DNA of 64,000 nt. It comes from Acidimicrobiaceae bacterium. GTDB taxonomy: Bacteria > Actinomycetota > Acidimicrobiia > Acidimicrobiales > JACDCH01. Position 1 is the first letter of the stretch. Every line of letters begins with the position of its first letter. The translations under genes were made by a program, and so were the position numbers. Below are positions 37,048 through 45,302 of the stretch, piece by piece. The notes under the pieces are model-generated. The model saw only the letters and a program-made list of their open reading frames with translations. It was not told the DNA's origin and ran no database searches. Where the stretch lies: assembly GCA_041166745.1 (NCBI GenBank), contig JBEEGH010000032.1, positions 37,329 through 101,328 on the forward strand, read 5' to 3'.

Positions 37048-37817
37048 CAGAGTTTGGGCGGGACCAGCGCGAAGTACAGCGACGTCATGATGAAGTTGGC
37101 GAAGAAGATGAGGATGAAGGTGATGACGACGGCCTGGTTGACGGCGTCGCCCACGCCCTTCGGGCCGCCCTTCGCATACAGCCCCTTGTAACAGGCCACC
37201 ATCGCGGCGATGAACCCGAAGACCCACGCCTTCGCCATCGACGAGTAGAGGTCGGGCAGCTGCGCGAATGCCGAGAAGCCTTGGAAGTACGCGCCCGGTG
37301 TCACCCCTTGCACGATGACGTTGAACACGTAACCACCGGCGATGCCAGCGACGCTGACGAGAGACACGAGGAACAGGCCGACCGTTGATGCGGCGAAGAG
37401 CCGAGGCGTGACGAGCCGGTGGACGGGGTTGACCGCCATCACCTCCATTGCCGCGATCTCGTCGCGGATCTTGCGAGAGCCGAGGTCAGCCGTCATCGCT
37501 GAGCCACCTGCACCGGCGATGAGGAGTGCGGTGGCCACCGGTGATGCCTCGCGGACGATGGCCAGCACCATCGCGGCGCCGGTGGCCGACTCCGCTCCCA
37601 GCTGCCGGTTCAACGAGCCGACGTGCAATGCGATGACCGCACCGAACGGAATCGCAATGAGGATGCTCGGCAGCGTGCACACCTTGGCGATGAACCAGCA
37701 CTGGCGCAGGTACTCCTTCCACCAGTGCCGGATGTCGTACGTCTTGCGCAATCCCTCGAGCGAGATCGCGAACAGGTTGCCCGTCTCTCGGAGCAGGAAC
37801 TGCACTTTCCCGATCAC
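37047..37817 (-). CDS. yrbEA: YrbE/MlaE-type ABC permease
   Basis: Polytopic MlaE-like protein (RKIRDEIAAMEVMAV motif). GTG start at 37817. Confidence 0.85.
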   Translation of the reverse strand: MIGKVQFLLRETGNLFAISLEGLRKTYDIRHWWKEYLRQCWFIAKVCTLPSILIAIPFGAVIALHVGSLNRQLGAESATGAAMVLAIVREASPVATALLIAGAGGSAMTADLGSRKIRDEIAAMEVMAVNPVHRLVTPRLFAASTVGLFLVSLVSVAGIAGGYVFNVIVQGVTPGAYFQGFSAFAQLPDLYSSMAKAWVFGFIAAMVACYKGLYAKGGPKGVGDAVNQAVVITFILIFFANFIMTSLYFALVPPKL

Positions 37818-37822
37818 TGCGC

Positions 37823-38770
37823 CTACACCGTCATGATCGCGTTGGCTTCTTCGGGGGTGACGCCATCGGCGGCAAGGCGCCGATCTTCTCGCTCGACGAG
37901 CTCCCGTTCGATGTCGGACTCCTCGGTGGCCATCTCGTCCATCCCGATCGGCCCACGCGCCCGGCCCGCGAGGAACTGCTTGATGATGGGCTCGTCGAGC
38001 GTGACCATCTCTTCCTTGCTGGCGAACTTCACGAGGCCGGACCGGAACAGCACGCCGATGTAATCCGCGGTGCGCATCACGGACGGGATGTTGTGCGTGA
38101 TGATGAAGAACGTGGCGCCGACTTCTTCCTGGATCTTCTTCGTGAGCTCGTCGAGATAGGACACGCGCACGGGGTCGAGCCCCGAGTCGGGTTCGTCGAA
38201 GAGCACGATCTCGGGGTCCATGACGAGCGCCCGCGCGAGGCCGGCCCGCTTGCGCATCCCTCCGGACACCTCGCCGGGGAACTTCTTGAGGTGGTCGAGC
38301 ATCCCGACCATCTCGAGCTTCGTCAGCGTGATCTCGCGAATTTCCTTCTCGGACTTGTTCGTGTGCTCGCGCAGAGGAAACGCCGTGTTGTCGTACATGT
38401 TGAGCGAGCCGAAGAGCGCTCCGTCTTGGAAGAGCACGCCGAACTTCCGGCGCACGCGGTACAACTCCTTCTCTCCCATGCGGACGGTCTCTTCACCGTC
38501 GACCCAGATCTCACCGGCATCCGGGCGCAGCAGCCCGATGATGTTCTTCAGGAGCACCGACTTGCCCGTACCGGACGGGCCCATGATGGCGCTGATCTTG
38601 CCCTTCGGAAGATCGAAGGTGATGTCCTCCAGGACGGTGTGCGATCCGAACCGCTTCGTGACCCCTCTGAGCGAGATGATCGCGTCCAGCGCGTGTCCCC
38701 TTTCACGGTCGCCACGGTCAGTGCCCGAAGCGACAGCATTGCACTCAGTGCGGCCGCGGGACGAACACAA
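37823..38770 (-). CDS. mkl: Mkl/MceG (MlaF-like) ABC ATPase of the Mce system
   Basis: Walker A GPSGTGKSV, signature VSGGMRKRAGLA, Walker B VLFDEPDSGLD, Mkl-type C-terminal extension. The 5' end is uncertain: TTG 38770, or CTG 38689 preceded by GAAAGGGGA at 6 nt. Confidence 0.85.
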   Translation of the reverse strand: MCSSRGRTECNAVASGTDRGDRERGHALDAIISLRGVTKRFGSHTVLEDITFDLPKGKISAIMGPSGTGKSVLLKNIIGLLRPDAGEIWVDGEETVRMGEKELYRVRRKFGVLFQDGALFGSLNMYDNTAFPLREHTNKSEKEIREITLTKLEMVGMLDHLKKFPGEVSGGMRKRAGLARALVMDPEIVLFDEPDSGLDPVRVSYLDELTKKIQEEVGATFFIITHNIPSVMRTADYIGVLFRSGLVKFASKEEMVTLDEPIIKQFLAGRARGPIGMDEMATEESDIERELVEREDRRLAADGVTPEEANAIMTV

Positions 38771-38806
38771 CGCCCAAATGGGGTGGGGACCGGAGGCGGG
38801 GCGGGG

Positions 38807-39490
38807 CTACTGGAAGAACGGGCGCAACGCGAGCACCGTGGCCACGTACTGCTTGGTCTCGCCGAGGACCGGTCCCGTGGTCACCGACCGCAAGCCCTGG
38901 TAGTACGCCGCCAGCGCCGTGGACGCGTCGCTCCCGGTCCTGTCGAGGAGAAAGCGCAGGAACCGTGCACTCATGCGGATGTTGTCGTCGGCGTTGTACG
39001 GATCGAGGGCCTTGATGCCGATCAGGAGGCGGATGTGATCGACGGTGGCCGGCATCAGTTGGCCGATACCGACCGCGCCCGTTTTCGAGACCACGGTTCG
39101 CTGCCAGCCCGATTCGACCCAGGCCAGCGCCTCGAGCAGGTCGGGGGGCACCCCATAGTGCGCCGCCCAGCGCTCGAAGTTCGGACGCAGGGCCAGGCGC
39201 TCCGGATGAGCGACCAGCTTGGCCGGCAACCCCGAGGAGCGGGTTCCGGCAGCCGCTGCGGGGATCGTGAGCCGCCTGCCGATCACCACGAGATTGGGGT
39301 TCGTGATGCGGTTCGCTCGGGCGATCGCGCCCGGCGTCGTCCCGTGACGGGCGGCGATCGACGACAGCGTGTCTCCACTCCGCACGACGTAGGTCTGGGT
39401 GGCCGCGCTGGTCGTGACGGCGGACGTCGCCGCCTGTCCGGCCGCGGCCAGCATCACGATGGCCGCCGCCGCGGCGAGCACCCGCCTCAT
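38807..39490 (-). CDS. LysM-domain lytic transglycosylase (SLT family)
   Basis: Signal peptide, LysM (YVVRSGDTLSSIAARHG...IGRRLTIP), SLT motifs (AWVESGW, GIGQLMPAT, AAYYQG). ATG 39490 overlaps the upstream stop (ATGA). Confidence 0.85.
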   Translation of the reverse strand: MRRVLAAAAAIVMLAAAGQAATSAVTTSAATQTYVVRSGDTLSSIAARHGTTPGAIARANRITNPNLVVIGRRLTIPAAAAGTRSSGLPAKLVAHPERLALRPNFERWAAHYGVPPDLLEALAWVESGWQRTVVSKTGAVGIGQLMPATVDHIRLLIGIKALDPYNADDNIRMSARFLRFLLDRTGSDASTALAAYYQGLRSVTTGPVLGETKQYVATVLALRPFFQ

Positions 39491-40380
39491 CGACAAGCGG
39501 CGATCAGGAACGAATACGGGTTGATGGCGGCCGCGCCGACCGGGTGGATCTCGAAGTGCAGGTGGGTCGCCCCGCCCGCGGCGTCGCCGGTGTTGCCGAC
39601 CGTACCGAGCACGTCACCTGCCTTGACCTTGCCCGTCTTGCCGAAGCTGTTCAGGTGGGCGCCGTAGTAGGACGTTCCGTCCGCACCCACGAGCCGGAAG
39701 AAGTTGCCGCCGATCGTGCCGACACCTTGTGTGACCGTGCCACTGACGGGGGCGACGATCGACGTGCCGCGCTTGGCCATGAGGTCGTTGCCTTGGTGAA
39801 AACCCGTGTCGGCTCGGGGGAAGCCCCAGTCGTTCATGAACGTCGCCCCGGGAACCGGGCAACGGGCGAGCGGAGCGGTCGCAGCGGCGTTGCGCACACC
39901 GACTAAGAGTTGTCCTCCGGTGTAGACGTAGTAGGGCTTGACGAGCCCGTTGGCGGCGATCAGGGTCGCGACCGGAACGCCGGTGCGAGCCGAGATGCGC
40001 CCCAAGGAGTCGCCGGCCTGCACCACCACCGTGCTGCCGGTCGGGCTGGCCACGGAGCCGGGGTCGGGAATGCTCAGGACCTGACCGCTGAAGATGCGGT
40101 TCGGATCGGTGATGCCGTTGGCCTGCGCGATGGCGTCGACGCTGCGGTTCTGACGCAGTGCAATCGACGACAGCGTGTCGCCACGGCGAACGGTGTAGCG
40201 CCCGGTCTGGGCCATTCCGGCAATCGCGGCGAGGGCGACGACGCCGGCAAGGGCGACGATCGCGGCGCTGCGGCGCAGGGTGGAGTTGGCGGTGACGCGG
40301 ATGACGGGAACCTCCGGGGCTCCGCCCGCGTCCGAGCACCGTAAAGCATCCACAGGGGCAACATCAACCCCAACTTCCAC
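39487..40380 (-). CDS. tandem-LysM M23 metallo-endopeptidase
   Basis: Two LysM repeats (YTVRRGDTLSSIA..., VVVQAGDSLGRIS...) and M23 motifs (HQGNDL, GNTGDAAGGATHLHFEIH). The 5' end is uncertain: GTG 40380 or GTG 40353. Confidence 0.8.
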   Translation of the reverse strand: MEVGVDVAPVDALRCSDAGGAPEVPVIRVTANSTLRRSAAIVALAGVVALAAIAGMAQTGRYTVRRGDTLSSIALRQNRSVDAIAQANGITDPNRIFSGQVLSIPDPGSVASPTGSTVVVQAGDSLGRISARTGVPVATLIAANGLVKPYYVYTGGQLLVGVRNAAATAPLARCPVPGATFMNDWGFPRADTGFHQGNDLMAKRGTSIVAPVSGTVTQGVGTIGGNFFRLVGADGTSYYGAHLNSFGKTGKVKAGDVLGTVGNTGDAAGGATHLHFEIHPVGAAAINPYSFLIAACR

Positions 40381-40414
40381 ATGAGCAACAACGAATCGAG
40401 TCAGCCGGCGTGAA

Positions 40415-40458
40415 ATGCGGCAAAACGCGACGGTGCCCCGGGCGAAGCCGGGGCACCG
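40415..40458 (-). terminator. intrinsic terminator downstream of the LAXTG protein gene
   Basis: Perfect 11-bp stem CGGTGCCCCGG / CCGGGGCACCG (40431-40458) with a 6-nt loop. On the transcribed strand it is followed by TCGCGTTTTGCC. Confidence 0.7.
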
Positions 40459-40482
40459 AGGAAAGCAGGTTGTAGGTGCGAG

Positions 40483-41037
40483 CTACGCGCTGGCGGAGAC
40501 CGAAGCCCGCCGACGACGGCTCACCAGCATGGCCAGACCACCAGCCGCCAGAAGGCCGAAGCCGAGGCGTGCCAGCGGCAGGGTGCTGTTCGAGCCCGTA
40601 CGGGCGAGCGGCTCGGTCGGTGCGGCCGGCCGGACGATCTCGAGGCCGGCGACCTGTGCGGGGCAACCGACGATCGGATCGGAGCTGTCACCGATCTGGA
40701 AGGCCTGAATGCTGTTGCTACCAGCCGGGGCGTCGGCGGGGATCGTGACCGTGGCGCTGAAGAAGTGGTTGGAGGCACCGCTGGTCGTGGTGCCCAACAG
40801 CGTCGCGCCGTTCAGCACGATGGCGATGGTGGCACCGCCGGTCGCGGCGGTACCGCTGACGGTGACGCTCTCGCCAGGAGCGAGGCTCGAACTGCTCACC
40901 ACGAGGGGTGTGCAGAGCGCCGTGTAGTCGTCGTCGTTCGCGAAGGGCCCGCCGCTCGACTGGGCACCGGCCATGGGGGCAGCCAAAACTGTCCCGGCAA
41001 GGAGTGCCGCGAGAAGGAACATCGCTCGTCGCATCAT
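40483..41037 (-). CDS. secreted cell-wall-anchored protein with an LAXTG-type sorting signal
   Basis: Signal peptide MMRRAMFLLAALLAGTVLAAPMAGAQS. C-terminal LARTG, then a hydrophobic helix and an RRRR tail, the class E sortase substrate pattern. Confidence 0.75.
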   Translation of the reverse strand: MMRRAMFLLAALLAGTVLAAPMAGAQSSGGPFANDDDYTALCTPLVVSSSSLAPGESVTVSGTAATGGATIAIVLNGATLLGTTTSGASNHFFSATVTIPADAPAGSNSIQAFQIGDSSDPIVGCPAQVAGLEIVRPAAPTEPLARTGSNSTLPLARLGFGLLAAGGLAMLVSRRRRASVSASA

Positions 41038-41140
41038 GTCTTGAAATCCTCGCCTGGTCGAATGATCCGCTGGAACCGAAATGCAGCGACAGTGTGCCCT
41101 ATGCGGTGAGCGATGTCCACTACCTCTCGGCGGCAGAACA

Positions 41141-43489
41141 CTACTCATTGTCGAGGTGCGCGGTGAGGATCTCCCTTCGATCCTCGCCGATGCTGGCCGA
41201 TCCGGTGTTTCCTGCGAGCTGAAAGCCCGGAAAGCTCACGATCTTCCAGCCCTCTTTGGGTTTGACGGTCACATCGATATGGTCGGAATTGACCGTCGGT
41301 TGGCGTACCACGGTGAGCTGATATTGCCGGGAACGGGCGATCGTGCCGGTCAGCTTGATCTCGACGTTGGCGGTGCCCCCAGGGGGGACGTCGACCACCA
41401 CCGTGTAGGCCGACAGCCCGAACCGCTTGATCGACCCGATGTTGGTCGGGGCGCCGTCCAAGGTTGCCCCGGTGGCGCGCAACGACGAGTACACGGTGAG
41501 GAACAGGTGGTTCGTACCCGGGGGCTTGCCTTGGGCGTTGCCGATCACGTCCTCGGGCAGGAGGGCCGCGGGGGCGGAGTTCGTCAGGCGGATGTGGAGG
41601 TCGCCGTCGACTTGCCCGCTGTCCGGCAAGAACGTCGCGTCATAGGTGACGTCACGCTGGAGGTACGCGTCGATCTTGCTCGGGTTTTCGTTCGTCTGCG
41701 TGATCGACAAGTAGTCACCGTCGCTCGGTGGCCGCACCGCGCCGTCGAGCGAGAGTTGCTGGAACAGGGTCTCGATCTCCGGGTGCGTGCTGTGGGCGAA
41801 GAATCTGCCCTGCTCCACCATCGGATTCATCACCTTTGCGACCTGGACCGGCTTCGGCAAGTCACCCTGCGTGAGCCGCTCGAAGGTCAGGCGCGTCGCC
41901 TCGTCGAGGAAATCCACCCGTTCCTTCTTCGGGACTTGCGTGTACTGATCCACGAGCAGCACGTGCGCGGCATTCTTGGCCGTGAGCTTGAAATCACTGT
42001 CCTTGAGGTTGATCGGACCAGTCAGCTCGAGCAGCCGCTCGAGGGCATACGGGTCCATGTAGAAGACGCCGTCGAGTTGTTGCCCCACTGCCTGCGGATA
42101 GAGCTGCTCGGCCACGCTGGCGACATCGGGAAAGTTCGGTGACGCGCTCACGTTGCCGAAGAACTGCGTCACGCGGTATTGCGCAAAGGGTTCCAGGTAG
42201 TCGCCCGGAGCGAGCGTTCTTCCCGCCACCCCCTTCGGGTCGCTCAGCTCGAGGCTCCGTCCGGACCGGGTGAGCTTCAGCTTCCCCTGATCGGCGGTGA
42301 CCTCGGCGTAGTTGCCGATGAACCCGCCGAGCTCGCGCGACTCGGACGGAGTTCCGAACAACACCAGGTAGTGCTGCGGCGTAGCGCCTCCGAGGAGCTC
42401 AGGAGCGACCGCGATGACGTCACGAGCGACTGCGGCGGCCGGTCGGGCGCGATTGATCTCGCGGCTGAGCTCATCGAATCGATCGCGGATCGGCGGTAGC
42501 AACCAGTCGATCGCAAGCTGGTCGAGATGTCGCCCGGCGGCATCGAGCGCCGCCGCTGTGTTCGTGATCGGACCTTGGACCGACCGCAAGAGCGCGAGGT
42601 CGATCGCTCCACCCTTCACGCGCAGTTGCTCGTAGTCGATGACCGCCGCGGCTTGAGCGGCATCAGTGGCCAAGGTGTGACCCTCCTCGGCCATTGCCTT
42701 CACCGCCACCACCTGATGCCCGAGGACCGGCACGGCGCGGACCGGCGCGGCCCACCACGAGCCCAAGACGTCGGCGGCATCACCGAACGACGAGGAAGAC
42801 TTGTTCAGTTCGGAGGCGGCGAGGTCGCGATCTCCGTCCTGCAGACCGTTGAAACCGCTCTGGGCCGACGCGATGCCGTCCTCGATGTGCGATTTGGCGA
42901 GGAGCGCTACCGCGACGCTCAGGCCGATGAGGGCAACGGCGAGTGCTCCGGCGTAGCGCCCGTACTGCCGGACGCGGCGCCGCGCCCGCCCAGGCGCGTA
43001 CCTGTAGGCCGAAGCGAAGATCGGCACGACCGCGATGGCGGCTACGAGGCTCGGCGCGCCTTGCACGACGAAGTCCGGGAGTCGCAGCAGGGCCTGCACG
43101 CCGAGTGCGGCCGCCGTTGCGCCCATCCCGAGCGACCTGGCGTTCAACGCGACGGCGACGAAGCCCACGACCACGGCCGCGATCCCGAGGGCCACCGTGG
43201 CGTTCCCAGAGCCGGCCGCGACGGCGACGCCGGCCGTGACCAGCCAGGACCAGCGCCGGGCGTAGGCACCCGCCAACGACACGAGCCCGGCAAAGGCAGC
43301 AGTGAGTGCGATGTCCGCCGGACGCCAGCCCGTCGGCCGCGCATCCGCCAGCGCTCCGCCGACCGCAGAAGCGGCGACCACCAGCCACATCGTGAGTCGC
43401 TCGACGATGGAGACATGCCGACGAGGGCGGGGCTGTCGGCGCTGCGCCCGCGCCTCGCTGGGAGTGGAGAAAGGAAGGGTCGAAGCCAC
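41141..43489 (-). CDS. DUF4012-type large membrane protein
   Basis: Multi-TM N-terminus, then HYLVLFGTPSESRELGGFIGNYAEV, which matches my memory of the DUF4012 core (...F.N..E.R..GGF.G.YA). The exact start is uncertain. Confidence 0.7.
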   Translation of the reverse strand: MASTLPFSTPSEARAQRRQPRPRRHVSIVERLTMWLVVAASAVGGALADARPTGWRPADIALTAAFAGLVSLAGAYARRWSWLVTAGVAVAAGSGNATVALGIAAVVVGFVAVALNARSLGMGATAAALGVQALLRLPDFVVQGAPSLVAAIAVVPIFASAYRYAPGRARRRVRQYGRYAGALAVALIGLSVAVALLAKSHIEDGIASAQSGFNGLQDGDRDLAASELNKSSSSFGDAADVLGSWWAAPVRAVPVLGHQVVAVKAMAEEGHTLATDAAQAAAVIDYEQLRVKGGAIDLALLRSVQGPITNTAAALDAAGRHLDQLAIDWLLPPIRDRFDELSREINRARPAAAVARDVIAVAPELLGGATPQHYLVLFGTPSESRELGGFIGNYAEVTADQGKLKLTRSGRSLELSDPKGVAGRTLAPGDYLEPFAQYRVTQFFGNVSASPNFPDVASVAEQLYPQAVGQQLDGVFYMDPYALERLLELTGPINLKDSDFKLTAKNAAHVLLVDQYTQVPKKERVDFLDEATRLTFERLTQGDLPKPVQVAKVMNPMVEQGRFFAHSTHPEIETLFQQLSLDGAVRPPSDGDYLSITQTNENPSKIDAYLQRDVTYDATFLPDSGQVDGDLHIRLTNSAPAALLPEDVIGNAQGKPPGTNHLFLTVYSSLRATGATLDGAPTNIGSIKRFGLSAYTVVVDVPPGGTANVEIKLTGTIARSRQYQLTVVRQPTVNSDHIDVTVKPKEGWKIVSFPGFQLAGNTGSASIGEDRREILTAHLDNE

Positions 43490-43539
43490 GGTTGAGGGTT
43501 CGCGCCGCCGTCAGCGCGACAGGAACCTAGTCCGGTGGA

Positions 43540-45153
43540 CTACTGGAGGGACTGGCGCCGCTGTTCGGCACGGCGCTCCGCGGCAAGCCGCTCGAGCGAC
43601 GGCTCCGGGGAATAGTCGACGAACCGCATCAACTCGGCGACGGCGGGGTGTCCCGCCTCCTCGGCGATGAGGCGGTGCATCTCCTGCGCCACGACGCGGT
43701 ACGCCGGGTGTCCCTGCGGCGTGGACCGCAGCTCGATGAGATGCATTGCCTCGCGAGCATTGACGTCGAGCACGAACCGCACCTTGTACGCGAGACACAC
43801 GGCGTAGGAGGCCTGGGCGGGAAATCGCTCGACGAGCGCGTCGTGCAGGTCCGCCGAGCGCTCCATCGCCGCATCGAACGCGGCCGCCTGACCGGCAAGC
43901 TCGACGGCCTCGGGGCGGGTGTAGCCGTGACGGGGCGAGAGCGGCTGCCACTCGATGGTGAGCATTCGGTGGCGCTGCAGATCACGGAACGCGCCGTAGT
44001 CGGCCAAGACGTCGAACCGATAAGCCGGCCGTTCGAGGGCACGACCCGGCTTGTGCCGCCGATTCGAACGCTCGCCCGAGTAGGCCCGCACGATCGCCAA
44101 CCGCTCGTCGGTGGACATCGCCCGCACCCGACTCTCGATCTGCACCTCGGGCACGTGGGTGAACGGATACAGCATCGATGCCACGAGCTTCACTTCCGCG
44201 TCCGGATCGAAGTCGACCAACCGGACGAGCGGTGCCTCCTCGGCCTTCACCTCGTTCGGCGGGAAGAGCTCCGCGGCCACTTCCTCCATCGCCGCGCGAT
44301 TCGTGGCGAGGTAGGTGCTCCACGCGACGCCGCGGTCGTCGAGATCGACACGCTTCAGGAACGACGGGATGACCTTGCGGAGCTCGGTGAGCATGAGATC
44401 GGCGTACGCCCGAGCCTCCGGAAGCGGGTGGGCCCGCATGCGCAACAGCAGTTGCTCGTAGCCCTGGCCGGTGCCGTAGATGCCGACGTTCGACAGCGAC
44501 GCCGCCGGCAGGATGCCGCGCAGCGCGTCGAAGGCCTTGGCCCTGACCGCCTGGCGGTACACGAAGTCCGTGTCTTCCGGGTCTTTCGGGAAGCGGTCAC
44601 GGAAGAAGTCAGCCAGGATCGGAACCAGCTCGGCGTACGTGTCGAACAACCGATCCATGTCGCCCACGTACCGCGTGCCGAACTGCGATCCCAACACCGC
44701 CGGGTCGCGGTAGAACCGATAGCGGCCACCGATTCGGGTGTCGTACGCGATGTACCGCGTCGACTGCTCGAGGTAGCTCATGAGCCGGCCCCACTCGAGC
44801 ACCTTGGTCAGGAGATTGGACGACTGCTCACACGCGAGGTGCACCCCACCGAGCTGGGCGACGGAATCGTCGCCGTACTCGAAGAACACCCGGTCGTACA
44901 GCTCCTCCGCCCGGCGCAACCCGACCGTGGCGTCGACCGTCTGGTCGCCGGTGATGTCGAGGTCGCCGACGAACTCGTCGAGAAACAGCCGGCGGAGGCT
45001 CTTGGCCGACCGGCTGTAACGGGCGAACAAGGCGCCCTTCACGACCTCCGGCAGGTTGACCAGGGCAAAGACCGGACCGTCGAGGTTCGTGAAGTACCGC
45101 CGGAGGATGTCCGCTTCGTCAGGTTCGAAGTCCTCCGCCACGTACACGGTCAT
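43540..45153 (-). CDS. double-length ThyX-like (FAD-dependent thymidylate synthase family) protein
   Basis: 537 aa from ATG 45153. The N-terminal half carries ...MSYLEQSTRY and the C-terminal half carries LQRHRMLT. These are parts of the ThyX RHR...S...QxSxRY signature. The upstream 212 codons of the track ORF are rejected. Confidence 0.7.
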   Translation of the reverse strand: MTVYVAEDFEPDEADILRRYFTNLDGPVFALVNLPEVVKGALFARYSRSAKSLRRLFLDEFVGDLDITGDQTVDATVGLRRAEELYDRVFFEYGDDSVAQLGGVHLACEQSSNLLTKVLEWGRLMSYLEQSTRYIAYDTRIGGRYRFYRDPAVLGSQFGTRYVGDMDRLFDTYAELVPILADFFRDRFPKDPEDTDFVYRQAVRAKAFDALRGILPAASLSNVGIYGTGQGYEQLLLRMRAHPLPEARAYADLMLTELRKVIPSFLKRVDLDDRGVAWSTYLATNRAAMEEVAAELFPPNEVKAEEAPLVRLVDFDPDAEVKLVASMLYPFTHVPEVQIESRVRAMSTDERLAIVRAYSGERSNRRHKPGRALERPAYRFDVLADYGAFRDLQRHRMLTIEWQPLSPRHGYTRPEAVELAGQAAAFDAAMERSADLHDALVERFPAQASYAVCLAYKVRFVLDVNAREAMHLIELRSTPQGHPAYRVVAQEMHRLIAEEAGHPAVAELMRFVDYSPEPSLERLAAERRAEQRRQSLQ

Positions 45154-45213
45154 GAGCGGAGCTCGTGACCGGCCGGGCGAGCGAGCGCCAGCGAGCCGGA
45201 CGGCGAAGGGGTC

Positions 45214-45230
45214 CGGGGGCGCAGCCCCCG
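45214..45230 (-). terminator. candidate hairpin terminator after the M20 gene
   Basis: CGGGGGC-gca-GCCCCCG, 73 nt downstream of the stop at 45303. No U tract. Confidence 0.25.
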
Positions 45231-45302
45231 AGCAAGCACAGTCATGCGTTGGGCAACTTACCCGGACGGATGAGCACGCTCGCGGACGGCAGATCCGCGC
45301 GT

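Noticed and set aside
35041-37191. 716-aa plus-strand ORF spanning mceA and yrbEB
   Set aside because: It is an antisense shadow of three well-supported, translationally coupled genes. The translation is Arg/His/Asp/Glu-rich with no domain.

The same reasoning applies to 56614-58419 (+), 18765-20576 (-), 8067-9422 (+), 43648-45168 (+) and 62262-63614 (+).
40306-40482. Possible cyclic-di-AMP (ydaO-type) riboswitch upstream of the LysM-M23 hydrolase gene
   Set aside because: This riboswitch class often precedes actinobacterial wall hydrolases, and the region is less GC-rich. However, I could not find the conserved ydaO sequence blocks I remember. Half of the spacer is explained by the upstream gene's terminator. 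A covariance-model scan (Rfam RF00379) would settle it.
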